From NCBI GenBank assembly GCA_048265145.1, contig JBLXCF010000008.1, forward strand, positions 67,570 through 131,569: a stretch of DNA of 64,000 bases, in the 5' to 3' direction. Origin of the DNA: Aequorivita sp. (GTDB lineage Bacteria > Bacteroidota > Bacteroidia > Flavobacteriales > Flavobacteriaceae). The notes under the pieces were generated by a model. It did not search any database and had not been told where the DNA came from. It saw only the letters and a program-made list of their open reading frames with translations. The position numbers and the translations under genes are program-made. This document shows positions 49,366-56,801 of the stretch, one piece after another; within the stretch, counting starts at the first letter, position 1; each line of letters begins with the position of its first letter.

Positions 49366-50193
49366 ATGGACCAACCAGTAAAAATATTTAGGTTTGACGT
49401 TGAAGAGGCAAAAAAAGTTGCTTCTTCAACTAATGAACCTCATATCCACGATTTTGAAGAAATCCTTATAGGAATGGAGGGTTCTATTGAGCATTTCATA
49501 GATTTTGAAACCACAACCGTAGATGCTCCCTATGTTTGTTTTGTAAGCAAAGGTAAGGTTCACAGAGTAAAGCCTATAGTAAAAGATGGTAAGTGCGATG
49601 TTTGGGTAATTAGGTTTGGTAGTGAATTTGCAGCTGAAATTATTTTTCAACTTTACGCTGCATTCCACAATACGGCTAATATATTTTGGCCGGTGGAAAG
49701 GTTTACCGGCCGCCTTCCGGTTTTGACTGAAATGATGTATAATGAATTAAGACAATCAAATCCTGATTTTTCCGTCATTCGCCATTTGCTCAATGCCGTT
49801 ATTTCGATTGTATTATCAGAAAAACAGAAACAGCAGCCCACAGCTATTTCCTCAAACCAAAATGAGACGTTTACCAATTTTCTCGCCATTTTGGAAGAAA
49901 ATTTTCGGCGCCCCTTGAGCGTGGGATATTATGCGGAAAAATTGTTTATGAGCACCCGGAACTTAAATTTAATTTGCCAAAATATTCTACAGCAAAGTGT
50001 TTCGGAAATCATTGAAACCAGAAAATTGACTGAAGCCAAAAACCTTCTGACTTCCACGGATAAAACCATTGCCGAAATAGCCTACGAATTGGGTTATAAT
50101 GAAAATTCTTATTTTTCTAATGTTTTCAAAAAAAAATCGGGTCAAACACCAGGTGAGTTTCGGGATGAAATGCGAAGCCTGTTAACTCCCTAA
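49366..50193 (+). CDS. AraC family transcriptional regulator
   Basis: N-terminal cupin-like H.HDF; C-terminal IAEIAYELGY...YFSNVFKKK.GQTP. Confidence 0.92.
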   Translation: MDQPVKIFRFDVEEAKKVASSTNEPHIHDFEEILIGMEGSIEHFIDFETTTVDAPYVCFVSKGKVHRVKPIVKDGKCDVWVIRFGSEFAAEIIFQLYAAFHNTANIFWPVERFTGRLPVLTEMMYNELRQSNPDFSVIRHLLNAVISIVLSEKQKQQPTAISSNQNETFTNFLAILEENFRRPLSVGYYAEKLFMSTRNLNLICQNILQQSVSEIIETRKLTEAKNLLTSTDKTIAEIAYELGYNENSYFSNVFKKKSGQTPGEFRDEMRSLLTP

Positions 50194-50285
50194 AATTATA
50201 CCTCTACTACCGGAAAGTGTAATTCTTAAAATCCTTTGTGCTACTATTTTTGTAATCAAATAATTAATTAACAATTTAATTTTAA

Positions 50286-50861
50286 ATGATTATGAAAAAA
50301 GTACTGATTTTAGTTGTAATGTCCCTATTTACAATAGGAGCTTTTGCACAGACCCAATGGCAGGTAGACCCAAACCATTCTTCGCTAAACTTTAGCATCA
50401 AGCATTCAGGCATTAGTTTGGTGAATGGCAAGTTTTTAGACTACACAGGTAGTTTAACCACCAATGGCGAGGCCTTGCGTGATGCACAATTTAATTTTAA
50501 CGTGCAAGTGGCAAGTATCAACACCAATGTAGATGCGAGGGACAAACACTTGAGAAGTGCCGATTTTTTTGAGGTGGAAACCTATCCGACGATGACCTTT
50601 AATAGCACTAAAATTTTAGCGACGGGTAAACCAGAACATTTTTTATTGTATGGCGAGCTTACTATTAAAGGAGTTACAAAACCAGTAATTTTTGATGTGT
50701 ACTACGGGGGAACGGCCAAGAGCGACCAAGGTGAAAAATTAGGTTTGAAAGCGAAAACCACTATCAACAGGTTTGACTACAACATTAATTTTGACCCTAC
50801 CGCAGCTGGTATTGGTAAGGATGTGGATATTGTAGTTCATCTACAGTTCGCCAAACAGTAA
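50286..50861 (+). CDS. YceI family protein
   Basis: Signal peptide; W.VDPNHS, SINT...RD.HL.S.DFF and GELTIKGVTK motifs. Confidence 0.92.
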   Translation: MIMKKVLILVVMSLFTIGAFAQTQWQVDPNHSSLNFSIKHSGISLVNGKFLDYTGSLTTNGEALRDAQFNFNVQVASINTNVDARDKHLRSADFFEVETYPTMTFNSTKILATGKPEHFLLYGELTIKGVTKPVIFDVYYGGTAKSDQGEKLGLKAKTTINRFDYNINFDPTAAGIGKDVDIVVHLQFAKQ

Positions 50862-50981
50862 AACTATTTAAAGGGAAGTTATTCATATTTTGAATTTAGA
50901 AATCATGAAAAAGTTTAAAATCCAAAAGATAAGCAGAGAAGACGTGTATGGCAAAGCAAGTTTCGTAGTTAGATTACGTGA

Positions 50982-51863
50982 ATGAATAGAAAACAATTTT
51001 TAAAATCAATGGCACTATTGCCGCTAATAGGTTCAAGTATGAAATTGAAAGATTTAAATAAAATGACAGCAACAATGAGTAGTACAGAAAAAATGCCTGT
51101 ACTATTCTTGGGTCATGGAAGCCCTATGAATGCCATTGAGGAAAATGAATTTGTGGCAAATTTTAGACGGCTGGGAAATGAATTGGTACGCCCCAATGCA
51201 ATACTCTGTATTTCTGCCCATTGGGAAACGAATGGCACATATGTAACAGCAATGCAAAATCCTCCTACCATTCATGACTTTGGAGGTTTCCCACAGGAGC
51301 TTTTTGAAGTACAATACCCAGCACCGGGAAGCCCTCAACTGGCAAAACAGACCAAGGCGATAATAACAAAAACAAATGTAGGATTAGATGATAAATGGGG
51401 GCTCGACCACGGAGCGTGGAGCGTTATAAAACATCTCTATCCCAATGCCGATATCCCGGTAATTCAAATGAGTATTGATTATACACAGCCTGCAAAATAT
51501 CACTATGAATTAGCAAAGGAATTGAATGGCCTTCGCACAAAGGGTGTTCTAATTGTGGGAAGTGGAAATATGGTACACAATCTTCGCATGGTTTCGTGGA
51601 AAAGGTTAAACGAAGTATATGCCTACGATTGGACTATTGAGGCCAACGAAAAGATGAAACACTTTATCGTTAACGAAGATCACAAAAGTTTAATTGACTT
51701 TAAATCCCAAGGAAAAGCTTTTGAGTTAGCCATCCCAACGCCCGAACATTATATGCCGTTGATTTACACCTTGGCATTAAAGACCAAAAATGAAGAAATA
51801 ACAATATTTAACGACAAACCTGTTGGAGGCTCACTGACTATGACTTCAGTAAAGATAGGTTAG
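50982..51863 (+). CDS. ygiD: 4,5-DOPA extradiol dioxygenase
   Basis: FLGHGSPM, SAHW, DHGAW, GSGNMVHNL and PTPEHY motifs. Confidence 0.9.
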   Translation: MNRKQFLKSMALLPLIGSSMKLKDLNKMTATMSSTEKMPVLFLGHGSPMNAIEENEFVANFRRLGNELVRPNAILCISAHWETNGTYVTAMQNPPTIHDFGGFPQELFEVQYPAPGSPQLAKQTKAIITKTNVGLDDKWGLDHGAWSVIKHLYPNADIPVIQMSIDYTQPAKYHYELAKELNGLRTKGVLIVGSGNMVHNLRMVSWKRLNEVYAYDWTIEANEKMKHFIVNEDHKSLIDFKSQGKAFELAIPTPEHYMPLIYTLALKTKNEEITIFNDKPVGGSLTMTSVKIG

Positions 51864-51880
51864 AAACAAAACAATGAATT

Positions 51881-52303
51881 ATGAAAAAATTACTGAATAT
51901 TGAATTAAAAGAGAACACAGTTGGTATGGCTGTCTTATTATTAAGGTTGGGTGTGGGTATAATGATGCTTGTTCATGGAATTCCAAAACTATACATGCTG
52001 TTTAGCGGAGATATTCAGTTTCCCATTGTTATGGGGATGAGCGCAACGTTTTCATTAGTATTAACTGTGGTTGCAGAAGTTTTATGCTCTATATTACTGC
52101 TAATTGGACTTTTTACCAGAATAGCGGCCATTCCATTAATTATAACCATGTTGGTAGCCGTATTGATGATTCACGGTAGCGATCCATATGCCTTGAAAGA
52201 ATTAGGACTGTTTTACTTGTTGGCCTATGTAGTTTTGTTAATACTTGGCAGCGGTAAATATTCTTTTGATGCTATTTTGAAAAACTATCAATTAGAAAAA
52301 TAG
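51881..52303 (+). CDS. DoxX family membrane protein
   Basis: LLLRLGVG.MM..HG..K, LLIGLFTR and G.GKYSFD motifs. Confidence 0.9.
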   Translation: MKKLLNIELKENTVGMAVLLLRLGVGIMMLVHGIPKLYMLFSGDIQFPIVMGMSATFSLVLTVVAEVLCSILLLIGLFTRIAAIPLIITMLVAVLMIHGSDPYALKELGLFYLLAYVVLLILGSGKYSFDAILKNYQLEK

Positions 52304-52324
52304 ATATTGTTAATATTTACAGCT

Positions 52325-52891
52325 ATGTCCGTGTCAAAAACCATATTGGTTAGGTCACTTGTGCTTTTTCAAACCCATGGAATCAAGACCGTTAGAATGG
52401 ATGATATAGCCCGAGAAATGGGTTTATCAAAGAAGACCATTTATCTTCATTATGGCAGTAAAAAGGAATTGGTTCAAAAATGTATTCACCATCTTTTTGA
52501 TTTACATTTTTCAAATATCAAAAGGATTCAAGATGAAAGGGGAACACCGATAGAGAAAATAAAAAAGATTTATGAATACGCCGTAAAACATTTAATAAAA
52601 GTTACACCTAATTTTTATTTTGATTTAAAAAGAGGTTATCCGGAAACCTATCAGTTTTATGCCCTTCAACGCGGTAAAATAGTTTTTGGTATAATTAAAA
52701 CCTTATTGAAAAAGGGGCAAAGGAGTGGTGAAATAGACCCCACAATCAATACCCAGTTGTTTTGTGAATTTCATCTGATAAATCTTGATCAAGTAATAAG
52801 CCATAAAACCGCGCTTATGGAATATAGCTTGCAAGACCTATTTGACAACACTATTAGAGTGAGCCTGAATGGTATTATTAAAAGACAATAA
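52325..52891 (+). CDS. TetR/AcrR family regulator
   Basis: GIKTVRMDDIAREMGLSKKTIY HTH. Confidence 0.9.
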   Translation: MSVSKTILVRSLVLFQTHGIKTVRMDDIAREMGLSKKTIYLHYGSKKELVQKCIHHLFDLHFSNIKRIQDERGTPIEKIKKIYEYAVKHLIKVTPNFYFDLKRGYPETYQFYALQRGKIVFGIIKTLLKKGQRSGEIDPTINTQLFCEFHLINLDQVISHKTALMEYSLQDLFDNTIRVSLNGIIKRQ

Positions 52892-53076
52892 TTTATTCAG
52901 CTCTTTTTAAATTTAAATCCTGCATGTTAATGAAGGCAAGTTACTTTCCGATGCAAAATGTAATGTATGTCTGATTATCAGTTAATTAGCTATCAATAGA
53001 TACAAATAAGCAACAAGAAGTGTTGAATTATAGCTAATTAAAGACTAAAGATAAGAAAATCGGGAGGTGTAAAGAT

Positions 53077-53107
53077 AAAAAAACCGCCCCCAAATGAGGA
53101 CGGTTTT
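53077..53107 (-). terminator. Terminator of the DUF6266 gene
   Basis: Minus strand AAAACCGTCC-TCATTTG-GGGGCGGTTTTTTT. Confidence 0.8.
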
Positions 53108-53128
53108 CCAAGAAAACGTCAATCGCTT

Positions 53129-53770
53129 TTACGCAACTGTTACAGAACCTAAATAAGCGTTATTGGACACTTTAGAACCATCTTCGGAAATAAACCCTAA
53201 GAACACCTCCACATCTTCGCCGGTATATTCAGGTGGTACTGAAATACTTTCTGTTCCGGCTGACCTTGTTGGTCCAGCGGTGGTAAATACTACTTCTCCT
53301 CTTGTCCCGTTATAGAGCAAAATCAAAGTTTTGTCTGTTACCATTGCACTTCCACTGCCTGAATTGTCAGTCCAGTTAATGTCAACCGTTGATGCGACTG
53401 TGGAAGCCGCGGCACCGCCAACTACTCCGGTTAGATTACCACGGGTTACCAAAGCGTTTCCATAGTCAATGGAATAGTTAGGATAGGATCCTGTTACTCC
53501 ATTGTACAAGTTGTAAGACATTGCAGCATTGAATTGGGTCATCTTGTTTGCATACAATTTGAAACCAACCCGTAGGAAGTCTGTCATAGGTTGCAGGAAA
53601 CGAAGCACGGTTGAAAACTTTGAGCGCTGGTCAACTTGTCCTTCGGTTTTGGGGTTCGCTACGCTGGAAGGTTTGATTCGTAGGTAATCGATGCCCTTCC
53701 AGGTCCCACCGATTACATTCCCGATTTTTCCGGATACACCGCCGAGAATACCTTGATTGATGATTGCCAT
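53129..53770 (-). CDS. DUF6266 family protein
   Basis: N-terminal G.LGG.SGK.GNV.G..WKG, NP.T..Q..QR.KF and L...G.L motifs, C-terminal SN..Y.G; recognised from memory. Confidence 0.8.
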   Translation of the reverse strand: MAIINQGILGGVSGKIGNVIGGTWKGIDYLRIKPSSVANPKTEGQVDQRSKFSTVLRFLQPMTDFLRVGFKLYANKMTQFNAAMSYNLYNGVTGSYPNYSIDYGNALVTRGNLTGVVGGAAASTVASTVDINWTDNSGSGSAMVTDKTLILLYNGTRGEVVFTTAGPTRSAGTESISVPPEYTGEDVEVFLGFISEDGSKVSNNAYLGSVTVA

Positions 53771-54218
53771 AATTTATATGTATTTATGGGTTAAACAAAT
53801 GTTCGGACTTGGCACGGACTTGACTCGGCTTTTGCCCTTTCATTCAAAATTACTTCAATATATATGCTATGATTCGGGCAAGGGAATTGTTGCTTCTATT
53901 TGCTTTTGTTTGCCTTGTGGAATTTGATTTTTTGTCAGGTACCGGGTTCAGGATGTGAATGATTGGCTAAATAGTTTCTACAAGATAATCTGTCTCCCGG
54001 AAGTCAATCCCTTATTGTGGATAAAAAAAAGGGGGTTGGAATAAGTGTCAACCGGCCGATGAGGTCTGATTTGAAACGTTTTCCTACAGTGAGCTATTAA
54101 AACCTTGCCTTCCGCGATTGCTCACTTCAATATTAATTTTCAAAGATGTTCGCAAATTCAACAGCCATCCATTTCCCATATTTTTTTTCAAAAGAGAAAA
54201 GAAAAAAGGAAAAAAAAT

Positions 54219-54385
54219 AAAAGAGAAAGCTTTTAATAAGGCGGGTCTGGGAGGGTTGTCAAGGTTTTTGGAAAAAATACTACCCGGAGGGTGGAGATTT
54301 TTTGCAAAACCCGTAGGGCTTGACCTTTACAATCCTTTTGTGCGGCTTGCTGGTGCGGACCCGCCTATCTTCGCTTTTCTCTTTT
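54219..54385 (+). promoter_or_regulatory. Long hairpin 1, candidate single-strand (Frpo-like) promoter
   Basis: Arms pair: AAGAGAAAGC with GCTTTTCTCTT, AGGCGGGTC with GACCCGCCT, TCAAG with CTTGA. TATCTTCG (54366-54373) lies across a mismatch bubble. Confidence 0.6.
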
Positions 54386-54432
54386 AATTTTCACTTGAAA
54401 AAACATTGCACTAATTTTCTTTGAAAATCGGG

Positions 54433-54723
54433 TTAATGTCGCAGTTCATTTGCTTTTAATTGTGCGATTAACTCTTTTTTGTTGTAATACCGTCTGTTGC
54501 CCAAACCGTAACATTTAATTTTTCCTTTGTTAGTCCATTGCCAAAGGGTTGAGGAATTGATTTTTAGAAAATCAGCTGCTTCTGTTCTGGTCAGAAAGAC
54601 GTCCACTTGGCCGGAATGTAAATCATCTAAATAATGTTTGATTTTTTGCAGCAATTTTTCTGCTACAATATCTGTTAACTCGTCAACGTATACTTCTGTA
54701 ATTTCGATTGTTCGCGCTACCAT
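54433..54723 (-). CDS. Excisionase-like (HTH_17/MerR-like) DNA-binding protein
   Basis: LTRTEAADFLKINSSTLWQW..KG.I..Y..G.RRYY, typical of Bacteroidota integrative elements. Confidence 0.85.
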   Translation of the reverse strand: MVARTIEITEVYVDELTDIVAEKLLQKIKHYLDDLHSGQVDVFLTRTEAADFLKINSSTLWQWTNKGKIKCYGLGNRRYYNKKELIAQLKANELRH

Positions 54724-54960
54724 TTCTTCTGAATTAAGGTTTCTTAAATGTAAATTTTCCTGTTACGAGAAAAAAAAGAACTCCCTAAAAAGGGAGCTCT
54801 GACAATGAAAGCTCTAGCCAAAAGAGCCGAACGGTATAATCTACAACACCGCAACGAACCACGCCCGCAAAGAAAGGACGACCTGACAACCGAACGCCCG
54901 CCAACAACCAACGGCTGCCACAACGGACTGAAAACAATGATTTGTACATAAATGAAAGAT

Positions 54961-55125
54961 TTAAATTAAACAAAATGCCGCACCACAGGATCGGTGCGAT
55001 TGACGCAAGGGCTGTGGACAAAAAATACTACCCGATAGGGTGGAGATTTTTTTTCCAACAGGCGAAGCGAACCCTTGCGGCTCTCGCATCCGCACGCCTG
55101 TACCTTTGCTTTTTGTTTGAGTTAA
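54961..55125 (+). promoter_or_regulatory. Long hairpin 2, candidate single-strand (Frpo-like) promoter
   Basis: Arms pair: AAACAAAA with TTTTGTTT, ACAGG with CCTGT, GGTGCGA with TCGCATC, CGCAAGGG with CCCTTGCG. TACCTTTG (55101-55108) lies across a 6x6 bubble. Confidence 0.62.
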
Positions 55126-55334
55126 TTCTTCTTCCGAAATTCTATTCGGTGGATTAATTGAAGTATTTTAATCCTAAAGAGTTAAGATATTTGTGCCATT
55201 ATAAAACACATAAAAACGATGAAGGCCACTATCAATATTTTGACCTATAACGGACTGTCGGTATCAGTTTTATAAACACCTTCTTCATCCTTTGGGAAAA
55301 GTAAATAGTAGAAATCTTCAAATAGACTTTTCAT
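55122..55334 (-). pseudogene. Possible decayed small membrane protein gene
   Basis: MKSLFEDFYYLLFPKDEEGVYKTDTDSPL*VKILIVAFIVFMCFIMAQIS*... reads in one frame with two internal stops. Confidence 0.35.
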
Positions 55335-55748
55335 CGGTTACTAAATTACTAAAAATATGGAAACGTAAATGTGCGCAAACGCAGGTAAACTAGCGTAGCT
55401 ATAGTGGAAGCACGCAATGGAGAGTAATGGAATGGAGTGCTGGAACTATAAAGCGAGCCGCCTGCGAGCGGAGCAAGGGTGGTGGCTGCAGAAGCCCGAG
55501 GAAGGAGGGCGGCAGACGCCTACCGTTTACGGCAGGGCTGGCGCGATTTTTTGCTTCAGCGGCGGAAAAGGCAAGTGTGGCGTTTGAACGAAACGAAGCG
55601 GTGCCGGAGCCGTAATGGAGCAATGCCTAAAGAGTTACAATTTTGATGAGTGTTTTGTTTCGTTTATTAAGTTAAAAGTTAATTGAAGTAGACATTGGGG
55701 CATTGCGAAATGGAGGTACGAAGGCTCGCGCAGTGTAGTGAAATAGCC

Positions 55749-56317
55749 ACTCTTGTGTGCGTTGCTGAAAGTGGGTGATTGTAGAGAGAGAGGCACGAAC
55801 GAACGAAAAGAACCTACTGAAAGCAAATGGCGGATTGCAAAAAACGTGACAGCCCGATCAGCCCGCAGCGACCCGCAGGCTCGCACAATTAACAAGTGGC
55901 GGCAGACCCCCAATTAAAAAAGTGGTGAGCGGAGCGAACACCTTATCGGGGTTTGGGGGGATGGAGTAGCCACGGGTGAGGAAGGAGAGTAGCGTGTGAA
56001 GCAAAACAAGTGAACGGCAGGTGGCGAGCACCCACTGGAGCGCAAGGCACCTGGTAAGTGAACGGTATATGCAAGGGCGACCGCAGGGAGTTCATTTTAC
56101 CCTTGCAGATATGTTTTTGCGGAACAAAGCGGAACGACTGACGAACACCGCTTTACCTGCGTTGGGATGTGCGTGGGGAAAAGCAAGGGTGCGACTGATT
56201 GAGGTGGAGAGTAACGGAACCGATTGAAGGAGTACTCTTGCTGCGCGTTGCTGGAAGTGGGTGATTGTAGAGAGTGAGGCACGAACGAACGTAAAGAACC
56301 GACTGGAAGCAAATGGC
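55749..56317 (+). repeat. ~84-bp imperfect direct repeat, 2 copies (55749-55831 and 56234-56317)
   Basis: Shared core GTGGGTGATTGTAGAGAG.GAGGCACGAACGAACG; about 6-7 differences counted by eye. Confidence 0.9.
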
Positions 56318-56419
56318 TGTGCGGTGGGTTTTTTTCCTTAAATTGGAATCATCTAATTCCGCTATAGAAGGAATAAGGTTAGCTTTAGTGGTGAGGAAAT
56401 TAGGGTCAGTATATTAAGC

Positions 56420-56790
56420 ACAATAATACAATATGATTAGTGATGTTAAAACCAAACTGGAAGTTCAACCAATGGTTCAATAATTAATGATAATGCAATT
56501 AATGGTTCATAAGAAAAAGCAGAAACGGCAATGGCTAATGAAATAGGTGAATTTCTTGCCGTAGTAGTTAATGTCAGGCTTACCCTGTCTGAATAGCTAA
56601 ACTTTAGGGATTTGCCTGAGGATTTGACCAATAATAAATATCACAATGAAAAATATCAGTAGAGGAATGAGCAATTTATAAATGACATCTGGGTTGTCTA
56701 TTAAGTTTTTGATGCGAACATAGCAACAACCGCTAGAGCAAGGAACATTTTTTTCGTTCGAGAAAAACAATCTTTTTGAAGCCAAGATAA
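56420..56790 (-). pseudogene. acr3: ACR3/SBF-family arsenic-resistance transporter, 3' fragment with frameshifts
   Basis: Three frames give FLALAVVAMFAS / NLIDNPDVIYKLLIPLLIFF / SLTLTTTARNSPISLAIA...EPLVELPV. Confidence 0.75.
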
Positions 56791-56801
56791 GTATGCGGAT
56801 G

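Noticed and set aside
54043-54092. Hammerhead-like core (CCGATGAG...GAAAC)
   Set aside because: Stem II is too weak, and no arrangement gives both a stem I and an NUH cleavage site. At most a degenerate relic.
54118-55157. ORFs 54118-54387, 54785-55021 and 54942-55157
   Set aside because: They are composition artefacts of the hairpins and A/T runs, with no domain features.
55607-55630. GAGCCGTA resembling the start of group II intron domain V
   Set aside because: The rest of the DV hairpin, DVI and any RT/maturase are absent.
55399-56312. Short ORFs in the structured region (55399-55623, 55427-55615, 55635-55913, 56021-56227, 56097-56312)
   Set aside because: No recognisable motifs, they overlap on both strands, and the shared repeat differs non-synonymously.
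55749-56317. 84-bp repeat pair as CRISPR or DGR template/variable repeats
   Set aside because: Only two long copies. Differences are not confined to adenines, there is no reverse transcriptase, and neither copy lies at the 3' end of a credible target gene.
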